Shown: positions 28,388-41,200, numbered from the stretch's first letter. The stretch is DNA of 64,000 nucleotides from Chthoniobacteraceae bacterium (GCA_031409335.1 JANNWY010000196.1:1-64000), one strand, 5' to 3'. Notes: generated by a model from the sequence alone, not told the origin. Made by a program: numbers and translations.

Positions 28388-28890
28388 CCACGGAGGAGCC
28401 CATTACCTGCCTCGGTATCGCCGTCACCGCCGAAGCCGTGGAGACGGACATCCGCGGAGAATGCTGCCTCACGCTGAACTGCCCGGAAGGCCACGCCCAT
28501 CTGCTCGCCTGCCTCGCTCGGCTTCCCGTCGCGCCCCGCATCGTCTGCGAAGAAGCTGGAGGTGCCGAAACCGCGCTGGTTCGCACTTTGCGCGCAGCCG
28601 GGTTCACCGTGGGCGTAGTCGTCTCGGAGAAGGTGTGCGCGTCGGCGCGGCTGCACGATGCCTCGGAGATCACCCCGGGCGTCCTCGTGCGCTACGCCGC
28701 GGCGCACCCGGACGCGGGGCGTTTCATCGAGGGCAGTGCGACGCCGAACCGGGTCGCGCTCAGCGCCGCGTCCTGGTTCAGACCGGTGGTGGCACGCCGT
28801 GCCAACTCCTGGCAACGGATCGCCCGATGGTTCGGGCATTCGCGCGCTCCGAAGCCGCGCCGCGCCGCTGGAAAAGACCACGCTTCCTGA
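28384..28890 (+). other. Degenerate IS110-like N-terminal (DEDD/RuvC-like) domain ORF
   Basis: CLGIAV...NCPEGHAHLLACL...RIVCEEAGGAETALVRTLRAAGFTVGVV...VLVRYA follows the IS110 pattern GIDV..NTxxG..VCEATGGYE..L..AG..V.VVNP..KTD..DA.L. The first Asp and the KTD motif are absent, and there is no C-terminal domain. Confidence 0.6.
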
Positions 28891-28892
28891 CC

Positions 28893-29257
28893 ATTAAAAC
28901 CTTGCTCCACCTGCTGCTCACCTCCTCCTCTGCGCTCCCGCCACCGGCTCGCGTACGGCCTTCGTGGAATTGGGCGACGCCATGCCCTCGCTCAAGCTCA
29001 CCGTCGAGCACGCCGACCATGCCCGCGACGGCGAAGACCCGCACTGGTGGCACAGCATCGCCAATGTGCGCCGCGCCACGAAAATCGTCTGCGACGCCTT
29101 CAGCGCCGCGAGCCCCGGCGACCGTGCCGATTTGGAAGAACTCGCCCACTTCGAGAAACACGCCGGATTCGACAATCGAGCGACGCAATGCATGAACCAG
29201 TCGCCTCCTCCGGCTTCAACACTCCCAAACGAAACCAGCGTGTTCGGGAACCCATGA
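28893..29257 (+). pseudogene. Remnant of a ZnuA/TroA-family metal ABC substrate-binding protein
   Basis: GDAMPSLKLTVEHADHARDGEDPHWWHSIANVRRATKIVCDAF carries DPHxW after a His-rich loop. A signal-peptide-like IKTLLHLLL starts at ATT (28893) in another frame. Far shorter than a full binding protein. Confidence 0.65.
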
Positions 29258-29352
29258 CCGAAATGCAACAACAGTTGGCCCGCAGGCAGTGAAGAATACG
29301 TGATCTTCTACATTACCCTGAACCGCGATCCGTCACCTCAACGCTATTGCTG

Positions 29353-30525
29353 TCAGTTCGCGATGTCCGCGCCCTGCTGAATCCACCGCCCGAGCGTCGC
29401 GCGCTCGTCGTCGGTCATCTGCGTTTTGTTGAGAAAGGGCATCGTCTTTTGCGCAACACTGCGCTCGTAAATGCGCGGCGCGAGCGCCTTCACCCGTTCT
29501 GGCGAATCCAGCATCACTCCGAGCGGCGCGACCTTGAAGATGTCGTCCGTCGGATTTGTCGCATGACACGAATAGCAGTGCGTCTGCACGATCGCGTAGG
29601 CCTCGGCGAAAGCGACCTTCGGCCCGGAGGCGGCGGGCACGGTGGCCGCGCGCGGCGCAGTCATCCACATCATCGCCGCGATGCAGCCGAACGCCGGCGC
29701 GAGCGGCCACGCTTTCGCGCGGATCATCGTGTGGCGCACGAGCGCGCCTGCCACGACGACGAGGATCAGCACGAGCCAGTTTTGCGCGTGGCTGTAGAGC
29801 GCCGCGAAGTGGTTCGAGATCATCGTGAAGAGCACCGGCAGCGTCATGTACGAGTTGTGCAGCGAGCGGCGCTTCGCCTTTTTTCCCAGCTCGAAATCCG
29901 GCTCCCTGCCGGCCTGCGCCGCGGCGATCATCGCGCGCTGCATCGGGAGAATGTGAGCCCACACATTCAGCACCATGATCGTACCGAACATCGCGCCGAG
30001 ATGGATGAACGCGCCGCGTCCGCTAAAGGTGTGCGTGAGCAGCCACACCGCGCCGGCTGCCAGCGCGAGACCGGCGATGTTTCCGAAGCGCGAATTCCCG
30101 ATCGGCGAGCGGTAGAGCAAATCGTAAACAATCCAGCCTCCCACGAGCGCCGACAGCCCCAGTATCACTGCCTGAGTCTGGGAAAGCTGTCGCACAGATG
30201 GATCGATGAGGTAGGCCGCGTTGCTCGCGTAATAAACGATCCACAAAAGCGCGAACCCCGTGAGCCACGTGAACGTCGCCTCCCACTTGAACCAATGCAG
30301 CCCCGGCGGCACCACCCCCGCGCCGAAGCGCCGCTTTTCCACCCGGTAAAAAAACCCGCCATGCGTCATGTAAAGCTCACCCTCTACACCATCGCGCTTC
30401 TCCTCCGGCGGCGTGAACGCAGAGTCGAGCCACACGAAATAAAACGATGTCCCGATCCACATGATACCGGCGATGAAATGCGCCATGCGGACGAGCAAAT
30501 TCAGCCACTCATGAAGGTCGGGCAT
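29353..30525 (-). CDS. puuD: Urate hydroxylase PuuD (membrane protein with C-terminal cytochrome c)
   Basis: EWLNLLVRMAHFIAGIMWIGTSFYFVWLD; HGGFFY; LHWFKWEA; RSLHNSYMTLPVLFTMISNHF; CYSCH. Confidence 0.9.
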   Translation of the reverse strand: MPDLHEWLNLLVRMAHFIAGIMWIGTSFYFVWLDSAFTPPEEKRDGVEGELYMTHGGFFYRVEKRRFGAGVVPPGLHWFKWEATFTWLTGFALLWIVYYASNAAYLIDPSVRQLSQTQAVILGLSALVGGWIVYDLLYRSPIGNSRFGNIAGLALAAGAVWLLTHTFSGRGAFIHLGAMFGTIMVLNVWAHILPMQRAMIAAAQAGREPDFELGKKAKRRSLHNSYMTLPVLFTMISNHFAALYSHAQNWLVLILVVVAGALVRHTMIRAKAWPLAPAFGCIAAMMWMTAPRAATVPAASGPKVAFAEAYAIVQTHCYSCHATNPTDDIFKVAPLGVMLDSPERVKALAPRIYERSVAQKTMPFLNKTQMTDDERATLGRWIQQGADIAN

Positions 30526-30645
30526 CGGTGTTTGTAACTACATACGAACTGCGGACGCCAGCCCGTTGGTCAGCCGCCGTGGTTCGCCGGACATCACGCG
30601 GCGACGCTCTTCTGGACAAACATCCGCGCTCGGCAATCATCCGGA

Positions 30646-32397
30646 ATGGCTTCCTCCGAAACCCAGCGACCGACGGGCGATCATTTTTACGTGTTGAAAC
30701 ATGGTGGAATGCACGGGCCGTTCACGAGGACCGAGCTGGAGCAGCGGTTCACGGACGGGATTTTGGCGATGGAGGATTTCGTGCAGCGGGAGGGCGTGCC
30801 CATCTGGCAGCCGCTGGCGCGCATTTTGGGAAATGAGGGCACGATCCCGCACGGGGCGATCGCGCCGGATTGGAAATCGCTCGCGACGTGGGTGTGGCTG
30901 CGGCTGCGCTACGACATCGACGAGCAATCGCTCGTCACCGGCTGGGTCTGCCTCGGCATCGGGCTCGTTGCGCTTTTTCTGTCACACTGGACGTTCGTCT
31001 TCTGGCTGCCGTGGATGATGGCGGCGCTGCTCGCCGCGCTCGCCTTGTGGCAGCGGCGGCGCGTGGTGGCCGGCGCGGTCCTGCTCGCCGCAGCGGTGGC
31101 GCTGCCGCTGTTGTTTTTTGCGTTGGAGCCAAAATCGAAATCCGATCCGGTACCGGCCGTGGAGGAAACGCCGGAGCCAAAACCGGCTTCCGCGCCGCCG
31201 CCGCGCGTCGTGCCGGAGCCAGTGGAAACCGGGATCGAAGTGGCTCCGCAAATCCCGCTGGAATCCATCCCGGCTTTACCGAAAAACGATCTGCTTCCCG
31301 CGCCCGTTGTGGCGGAGGAAAAATCGGAGTCACCGGGAATGGTCGCGGCTGTCGCGAAATTTTTCGGCGACCTGCGCCAGCCCGCGGCTCCCGCCGCTGC
31401 CGCGGTCGAGGCGAAAGCTCCGCCCGCGCCGACGGGTGGTGACTTCGTGCAGAAACATCGCAACTCGCTCGTCGTGGTGAAGGATCGTGGGAAATCCGGC
31501 AGCGGATTCATCGCGAAGTCCGGCGCGCAGACCTGGCTTTTCACGAATATCCACGTCGCGGCGGGGACGGTGCAGCCGCAGTTCACGCGCATCGACGGCA
31601 CGCAGATCAAGCCCGGCGCGGGCGAGGCCGCGGTGGGGCACGACGCGCTGCGTTTGCTCCTCGCGCAGGCTCCGCCCGAGGCGCTGGAAATCATGACCGG
31701 GCTCGAAGCCACCGCAAAAATCGACGACCTGGTCGTCGTGCTCGGCAACAGCGGTGGCGGCGGCGTCATCACCTCGCTGGCCGGCAAAATCATCGGCATT
31801 GGCCCGGATCGCATCGAGGTTTCCGCCGAGTTTATTCCCGGCAACAGCGGCAGTCCGATCATCCACGTTCCCAGTGGAAAAGTGATCGGCATCGCGACCT
31901 ATCTCACGCGCCGCTACGAAGCGTTTGGCAGCGGCGATGCGAAGGATGGCGCGGTCGTGGTGCGGCGTTTTGGATACCGGCTCGATTCCGTAAAGCAGTG
32001 GCAGGCGCTAAATTGGAACGTGTTTCAAAATGAAGCGCGCGCCATCGGGCAAATCTCCGAACTCACCGGCGACGTTTTCGATTTCCTGGACGCCCTCCGC
32101 AAAAATGAAGCGCCGCGCATTGCCACCGCCACACTGCGGCGTCCGGCAGAGACATGGCTCGCCGCCATCGCCCGCAATCGCATCAGCGAAGCCGACCGCG
32201 AGCAGGCGACGCGCAGTTTCCTCGGCTCATTGCGCTCGCTCGTGCGCTCCGATGTCGCCGCGGCCGAGGGGAAATTTCGCTACGCGTACTTTCAGGAAAC
32301 GCTGCGCCAGGAGCGCGAAGTGCGCGACAGGCTGTACAAAGCCTTCGACGACCAGGCGATGAAGATGTCCACGCCGCAGATGGGGCGGGCGCGCTAG
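30646..32397 (+). CDS. GYF_2-domain membrane protein with trypsin-like serine protease domain
   Basis: N-terminal YV...GPFTRTEL...VQREG..WQPL; TM helices; Pro-rich linker; TNIHV, HDALRL, PGNSGSP. Confidence 0.8.
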   Translation: MASSETQRPTGDHFYVLKHGGMHGPFTRTELEQRFTDGILAMEDFVQREGVPIWQPLARILGNEGTIPHGAIAPDWKSLATWVWLRLRYDIDEQSLVTGWVCLGIGLVALFLSHWTFVFWLPWMMAALLAALALWQRRRVVAGAVLLAAAVALPLLFFALEPKSKSDPVPAVEETPEPKPASAPPPRVVPEPVETGIEVAPQIPLESIPALPKNDLLPAPVVAEEKSESPGMVAAVAKFFGDLRQPAAPAAAAVEAKAPPAPTGGDFVQKHRNSLVVVKDRGKSGSGFIAKSGAQTWLFTNIHVAAGTVQPQFTRIDGTQIKPGAGEAAVGHDALRLLLAQAPPEALEIMTGLEATAKIDDLVVVLGNSGGGGVITSLAGKIIGIGPDRIEVSAEFIPGNSGSPIIHVPSGKVIGIATYLTRRYEAFGSGDAKDGAVVVRRFGYRLDSVKQWQALNWNVFQNEARAIGQISELTGDVFDFLDALRKNEAPRIATATLRRPAETWLAAIARNRISEADREQATRSFLGSLRSLVRSDVAAAEGKFRYAYFQETLRQEREVRDRLYKAFDDQAMKMSTPQMGRAR

Positions 32398-32409
32398 AAA
32401 ATCCGCGCG

Positions 32410-35781
<3,372 letters not shown>

Positions 35782-35881
35782 CGAGCGGCGCATCCTCTCG
35801 CGCAAAGCGCCGCGCCGCGCAAGCAGCTCCGGTTTTCGCGTCGCGTTCCACCGCGAATCCTGTCAAAGCCGCCCCGTTCCC

Positions 35882-36340
35882 ATGCTGCTCACGCTCTCCA
35901 CCACGCACCACCCTGCGACCGGTCTTGGCTTCCTCCTGCGAAAGAACCGCGCGCGTGTTCGACTCCGCGCTCGCGGGCCGCGCGAAAGAGCGGCCCGACC
36001 TCGTCGACACACCGCTGCCGTTGTGCACCACGATTTCCGCGCTGCCACGCGAACGCCTCACGCTCCTCCACGCCTCGCCGCCTTCGAGCGCGTCCTTTTT
36101 GAGTGCGCCCGCCCCGCGAACATCATCTTCACAACACCGAACCGCGACTACAACACCCTCTTCCCCACGCTCGCCGCCGGCACCCTGCGCCACCGCGACC
36201 ACCGCTTCGAGTGGACCCGCGCTGAATTCGCCGCCTGGTGCGAAACCATCCACACGCGCTTTGGCTACAGTTTCCAAATCCTCCCGATCGGTCCCGAGGA
36301 CGCGACGCATGGTGCGCCGAGTCAGATGGGGATGTTTTAG
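35882..36340 (+). pseudogene. hen1: Internally deleted bacterial Hen1 RNA 2'-O-methyltransferase
   Basis: Hen1 N-terminus MLLTLSTTHHPATGLGFLLRKN; an internal piece FDSALAGRAKERPDLVDTPLPL in another frame; C-terminus RLAAFERVLF...TTPNRDYN...RHRDHRFEWTRAEF...GAPSQMGMF. The SAM-binding core is missing. Confidence 0.85.
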
Positions 36341-36425
36341 CAGGAAAACAAAAAGCTGAGTGTCTAACCATGACATCCTTGAAAATCGTTTGCTGATCGC
36401 TCGATTTTCAAGAATCCTCTCCTTC

Positions 36426-37592
36426 GTGCTCGATAGAATTCATTACCGTGACCTGATTCGCCGCCGCCTCGCGGCCAATCCCGTCGTCTCCCTGCTCGGC
36501 CCGCGACAGGTCGGCAAGAGCACGCTGGCCAAGTTCATTACAGGAGAACATCCAGGCGCGCATTATTTCGACCTGGAAAATCCCGTGGATGTCTCGCGCC
36601 TCGCCGAACCGCAGACGGCGCTGGAGCCGCTCACGGGATTGGTGGTGATCGACGAAGTGCAGCGGCAGCCGGAGCTATTCAGTCTGCTGCGCGTGCTGGC
36701 CGATCGAGAACCGCTTCCCGCGCGCTTTCTCTTGCTCGGCAGCGCTTCGCCGACGCTTATTCGCGGCGTGTCCGAATCGCTCGCCGGGCGGCTCGGTTTT
36801 GTGGATCTGCATGGCTTCGATCTCACCGAAGTCGGCGCAGAAAAGTGGCGTGAACTCTGGTGGCGCGGCGGCTACCCACGCTCCTTCCTCGCGGCGGATG
36901 ATGGCACGGCGCGCGACTGGCAGGACGCGCTCATCCGCACCTTGCTGGAACGCGACTTGCCCGAGGCCGGAATTACGATTCCGGCGGCGACGTTGCGGCG
37001 CTTTTGGAGCATGGTCGCGCACTTTCACGGACAGACGTGGAACGCGGCGGAATTCGCGCGCTCCCTCGGCAGTGCGGAGACCACGGCGCGGCGCTATCTC
37101 GATATTCTCACGTCCATGTTTCTCGTCCGCCAGTTGCCGCCTTGGTTTGAAAATCTCGGCAAGCGGCAGGTGAAAGCGCCGAAGATTTATGTGCGCGACG
37201 CGGGCCTGCTGCACGCGCTACTCGGTGTGCCCACGGCGGGCGCACTCGGGGGGCATCCAAAGCTCGGTGCGTCGTGGGAGGGCTTCGTCGTCGAGCAAGT
37301 GGCGGCGCGGCTGGGCGAGCGAAATTTGTGGTTTTGGGGCACGCACGCTGGCGCGGAACTCGACATTTTTGCGCAAATCGCCGGAGAGCGGATCGGCATT
37401 GAGGTGAAACACGCCGACGCGCCGACGCTCACGAAATCCATGCACATTGCGCGGGCGGATTTGAAACTGGACCGACTGCTCATTGTCACGCCCGGCAGCC
37501 GTTCCTATCCCGTGTCCGACTGGGCGGAAGTCGTGGGCATTCCCGATTTGATGTTGCGCTTGGGGCAAATCAACCCGGAGCCGAAACGATGA
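36426..37592 (+). CDS. AAA_14 ATPase with C-terminal DUF4143 domain
   Basis: GPRQVGKST; IDEVQ; LLGSAS; ESLAGR; GGYP; KRQVKAPKIYVRDAGL; ELD...IEVK. Start is GTG 36426 or 36360. Confidence 0.9.
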   Translation: MLDRIHYRDLIRRRLAANPVVSLLGPRQVGKSTLAKFITGEHPGAHYFDLENPVDVSRLAEPQTALEPLTGLVVIDEVQRQPELFSLLRVLADREPLPARFLLLGSASPTLIRGVSESLAGRLGFVDLHGFDLTEVGAEKWRELWWRGGYPRSFLAADDGTARDWQDALIRTLLERDLPEAGITIPAATLRRFWSMVAHFHGQTWNAAEFARSLGSAETTARRYLDILTSMFLVRQLPPWFENLGKRQVKAPKIYVRDAGLLHALLGVPTAGALGGHPKLGASWEGFVVEQVAARLGERNLWFWGTHAGAELDIFAQIAGERIGIEVKHADAPTLTKSMHIARADLKLDRLLIVTPGSRSYPVSDWAEVVGIPDLMLRLGQINPEPKR

Positions 37593-37877
37593 GTCTCACC
37601 ATCCCCGAACTTTCGCTCGTCGTCCTCGTCGGTGTCTCCGGCTCGGGAAAGAGTACGTTTGCGCGGCGGCATTTTTTGGCGACGGAGGTTTTGTCGAGCG
37701 ATGCGTGCCGCGGGCGGGTGAGCGACGAACGTGCAACCGGAAGCGCGCCGACCGCTGGTGGCGCTGGCGCGGGAATATCACTGCCTGCCGGTGGCTATCG
37801 TGCTCGATGTGCCGGAGCGCGTGGCGCACGATCGCAATGCGGTGCGCGCGCTCTCCGACCGTCCGCCGCATCCGCTA
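37589..37877 (+). pseudogene. pnkp: Truncated, frameshifted polynucleotide kinase-phosphatase (Pnkp) N-terminus
   Basis: MSLTIPELSLVVLVGVSGSGKSTFARRHF..TEVLSSD.CRG.VSD, then in a shifted frame VQPEARRPLVALAREYHCLPVAIVLDVPE...RN. Phosphatase and ligase domains are absent. Confidence 0.85.
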
Positions 37878-38078
37878 CGCGGCTTTACGCTCGGAGCGAG
37901 TGAGTGCAGTGCGCCGCGCGGCGCGTTCGCGGCGGCGTGGGCCGGCGTGTTTGGCGAGCAGGCGCGCGTTTTCCAGCGAGAGGCGCTCCATCGTTTCGCC
38001 CATCGTCGCGAGTTCCCTCCGCTCGGCGGCGGTGATGGTTCCCTCATTGTTTTTCGCCATCAAAACTTCGAGCCGCAC
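37875..38078 (-). CDS. Small helical hypothetical protein (possible antitoxin-like remnant)
   Basis: RLEVLMAKNNEGTITAAERREL...RLSLENAR. The frame is open back to the DUF2752 stop, so the start is uncertain. Confidence 0.4.
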   Translation of the reverse strand: MRLEVLMAKNNEGTITAAERRELATMGETMERLSLENARLLAKHAGPRRRERAARRTALTRSERKAA

Positions 38079-38144
38079 GTGCGTTTTGGCATCAATCTTG
38101 TGCAGCTTCGGCGCAGGGCGTTCCCAGACGAGCAGGTCGCCGCG

Positions 38145-38552
38145 TCACACCCGCGCGCACAGCAGCCAGAGCCAGTTCGCGAGCAGCAGGCTCACGCAGC
38201 CGGCCCGCAGCAGCGTGGCGGCGCGGGCGGGCGGTTTTTCCGGTCGCCAGCGTGGCAGCCGGAGCACCAGCACGGTCGCCGCGTAGAGGTCGAAAATCAC
38301 GATCCCGGCCAGCGTCACGAGCATCAGCGGATTCACGAGAAAGGCGGCGTGAAACGCGCCCCGCAGCGCATACCGCACGCAGCGCGTCGCCCCGCAGCCG
38401 GGGCAGGCCCAGCCCGTCACTTCATGGAAAACGCACGCCGGACTCGCGAGCCCGAGCCGCACCCAGACCCACGCAAACGCGAGCGCCGCGAGCGACACGC
38501 CGAGCCACAGCGTTTCGTGATCCAGCTCGCCGCGCCGCAGGGGACGCCACAT
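38145..38552 (-). CDS. DUF2752 family membrane protein
   Basis: PACVFHEVTGWACPGCGATR...AAFLVNPL; C-terminal ANW. Confidence 0.85.
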   Translation of the reverse strand: MWRPLRRGELDHETLWLGVSLAALAFAWVWVRLGLASPACVFHEVTGWACPGCGATRCVRYALRGAFHAAFLVNPLMLVTLAGIVIFDLYAATVLVLRLPRWRPEKPPARAATLLRAGCVSLLLANWLWLLCARV

Positions 38553-38558
38553 GCGCGG

Positions 38559-39566
38559 TCACTGTCCCGTGCCCTGCGCCGCGACCAGCGCCGCGGCGAT
38601 CGCTCCGCCGAGGACGAGTACCCCGAGGCAGCAGACGATCGTCGGCAGCAACACCGCGAGCACGGCCTTGCCGACGCTGATTTCCTGCGTCTTCGAGAGC
38701 CCGATGCACAGGCAGACGAGCGCCCAGATGCCGCTCACCATCGCGCCGCAAATCGGCACGAGCTGCAGGATTCCCGCCGAACCCTGCACGTAGCAGTAAG
38801 TCCGAAACGTCGTCTCGAACGGCTGCTTTGCTCCGCCGCAAATCATCAACGCGAGCTGCAGGATGCCCGCGCCGATGAATGTGCCGAGCGCGATGAACGC
38901 GGGCATCAGGATCGCGAGAACCAGCATCATTCCGCCACTGAGCCCGGCAAAGATCGCGGGATTGAATCCCGGCGTTTGCTGTGAAGCCTGCGCCGCCACC
39001 GCGGTCGTACCGAGATTCATCAGGAACTGATACAACAGCCCCGCGATGCTGCCAATCGACCCGAAAATCACCGCGAACAGCAGCGGCCCGCCGATCCCGC
39101 CCTCGCGCTTCATCGTCTGGAATGCATCGCTCGGCTTCAGCAGCACGGCCTTGATCGTCTCCCAGCCTGCTTTCACGATCCCAGTCTGCTCGCGCTGCTC
39201 CCACGCCGGTCCGTCGCGAGCCGTATCGAAACCCACGGGCACCACGCCACTCTGCATCACGCCTTGCAATACCGCCGGTTTCGCCCCCGCCGAGTAGGGC
39301 TTGCCATCGATGTAAACGATCTCGGATGGCGGAAAATATCTCCCCGTCGCCGTGCATTTGATGAAGCCCTCCGGCGGCACCTCGCCCGGCGCGGCAGCTT
39401 GTCCGCTGCCAGTCGGACGTGCCTGCCCGAGCGGTGTCCAATTTGCCATGCCCTCGCTCCACACGAGGGTGGCCGCGGTGATTTCGCCGCTCGCAAGCAG
39501 GCGGTCGAGTTCACTCTCGGGGATCGGTCCCTGACGTTGTCCGGCTTTCTCGTAATACCAATTCAT
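38559..39566 (-). CDS. GYF_2 (DUF4339) + Yip1-like membrane protein
   Basis: WYYEKAGQRQGPI...LVWSEGMANWTP; PAWE..., VLLKPSDAF; five hydrophobic segments. Confidence 0.85.
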   Translation of the reverse strand: MNWYYEKAGQRQGPIPESELDRLLASGEITAATLVWSEGMANWTPLGQARPTGSGQAAAPGEVPPEGFIKCTATGRYFPPSEIVYIDGKPYSAGAKPAVLQGVMQSGVVPVGFDTARDGPAWEQREQTGIVKAGWETIKAVLLKPSDAFQTMKREGGIGGPLLFAVIFGSIGSIAGLLYQFLMNLGTTAVAAQASQQTPGFNPAIFAGLSGGMMLVLAILMPAFIALGTFIGAGILQLALMICGGAKQPFETTFRTYCYVQGSAGILQLVPICGAMVSGIWALVCLCIGLSKTQEISVGKAVLAVLLPTIVCCLGVLVLGGAIAAALVAAQGTGQ

Positions 39567-39665
39567 GTTGTTCCTTGTTCTGAGGTTTTGGGTCTTCTAG
39601 CTTCCGCCGCGCGGCGTAAAAGCCGCAGTGAAGATGAACCGCCTCAGCGAGTAAAACCAAAACGC

Positions 39666-40277
39666 ATGTCCGCCGCAACCGCCTCGATCCCGGCCCTCGC
39701 CTGCCCGCAATGCGGCACCGCGCTCACGCCGGACGCGCTCAGCGGCGGGCGGGCCTCGACCTGTCCGCGCTGCCGCTCCGAGTTGCATGGCACAGTGTTT
39801 CCGGCGTTTTGGAAAATCCCCGCGGATCTTTCCGGTCGCGCGCAGCAGGCGGGCGAAGGCGAGGCCGTCTGCTTTTTCCACCCGGAAAATCGGGCGGCGG
39901 TGAGCTGCGAAAAGTGCGGACGTTTCGTCTGCTCGGTGTGCGAATGCACCGTCGGCACGCGCCATCTTTGCCCATCCTGCCTCAGCAGCGGGCTCGCCGG
40001 CGAAAAACTTCCCGAGCTGATCCCGTGGCGTTTTGTCTGGGCCGACGCCGCGCTTTTCACGGGCATCATGCCGCTCGTGCTCGGCATTTTCATGTGGCCA
40101 TTCCTCATCTTCTCCGGCGCGGCGGCAATCTTCCTCGCGCTCTTTGGCTGGAAACGCCCCGGCAGTCTACCGCGCGGACGCCGCCGCTGGGCCGCCATCG
40201 TCGGCATCATCGGCGGTGTGCTGCAAATCGCCATCTGGCTCACCGTTGCCATCTTCCTCTACACGTCGCGGACCTGA
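39666..40277 (+). CDS. Zn-ribbon + B-box-like zinc-finger membrane protein
   Basis: CPQC..CPRC; CFFHPENRAAVSCEKCGRFVCSVC...HLCPSC; C-terminal TM helices. Confidence 0.8.
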   Translation: MSAATASIPALACPQCGTALTPDALSGGRASTCPRCRSELHGTVFPAFWKIPADLSGRAQQAGEGEAVCFFHPENRAAVSCEKCGRFVCSVCECTVGTRHLCPSCLSSGLAGEKLPELIPWRFVWADAALFTGIMPLVLGIFMWPFLIFSGAAAIFLALFGWKRPGSLPRGRRRWAAIVGIIGGVLQIAIWLTVAIFLYTSRT

Positions 40278-40786
40278 TGAGCGCCCCGCCCCTTCACTAC
40301 ACCAAACTCCCCGGCCCCGGCGCTGGCTGGTCCGGTCGCACACGTCTCTGGCTGGCGGAAGATCACCTCCTCGAAGTGAACTCGACGCTGTTCACCGAGC
40401 GCTACCATCGCTTCTTTCTGCACGACATCCGCAGTGTCATCGCCCAGCGCACCAAGGTCGGCTTCTACTGGAACATCGCGCTCGGCATCCTTATCGCCAT
40501 CGGCTTCGCCCTCGCGGGTGCTTCCTATTGGGGTGGGACAAAGGTCGCTGACAACGACGGACGGGTCGCCCTTTGGGTTTTCGCAGGGATGCTCGGCGGC
40601 GCGGCGCTCATCCTCCTCGTCGCCCTCATCATCAATGCCCTGCTCGGCCCGACCTGCCGCTTTTACATCCAGACCACGGCGGGCATGCGCCTCATCGCCG
40701 CGCCCACGCGCCTGCGCCGCGCCGATCGCCTCCTCGCAAAACTCGTCCCGCACATCGAGTCCGTGCAATCCCTCCCGCCACCGTGA
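40277..40786 (+). CDS. Hypothetical two-TM membrane protein
   Basis: TGATG-coupled on both sides; LWLAEDHLL..FTERYHRF...GPTC. Confidence 0.75.
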   Translation: MSAPPLHYTKLPGPGAGWSGRTRLWLAEDHLLEVNSTLFTERYHRFFLHDIRSVIAQRTKVGFYWNIALGILIAIGFALAGASYWGGTKVADNDGRVALWVFAGMLGGAALILLVALIINALLGPTCRFYIQTTAGMRLIAAPTRLRRADRLLAKLVPHIESVQSLPPP

Positions 40787-41124
40787 TGGCCACGCTTGCC
40801 CTTCAGCGCTGCCTGCATCACGGCGAACGCGAAGCCATCGCCCGCTGCCCCGAGTGCGGCAGTTTCTTCTGCCGCGAATGCATCACCGAGCACGACGAGC
40901 GCATCATCTGCGCATCGTGCCTCGCAAAGCTCACGCGTCCGGCGGAGGCGAAAGCGCGTCGCTTTCGGCTTGCCGCGCTGCGTCCGTGGGTCGGGGCATT
41001 TTCCGGCATCGTCGTCGCGTGGCTTTGCTTCTATTTTATCGGGCGAATGCTCGTCGCCATCCCGTCCGATTTTCATGCGGACTCCATCTGGAGCGGCAGG
41101 CTCTTTGAATCGTCAGAAGAATGA
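40786..41124 (+). CDS. B-box-like zinc-finger membrane protein
   Basis: CLHHGEREAIARCPECGSFFCRECITEHDERIICASC plus one TM helix. Confidence 0.8.
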   Translation: MATLALQRCLHHGEREAIARCPECGSFFCRECITEHDERIICASCLAKLTRPAEAKARRFRLAALRPWVGAFSGIVVAWLCFYFIGRMLVAIPSDFHADSIWSGRLFESSEE

Positions 41125-41200
41125 AGACGGCAAGATCGCTCCAAGCACGAAAGGCCGCTGCCGCAGGCACCCCCCTCAACCCTCGCCCCATCCCCGCAAA

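Noticed and set aside
28384..28890. Active IS110 element
   Set aside because: Too short, catalytic Asp residues are missing and no C-terminal domain is present. Kept only as a degenerate domain.
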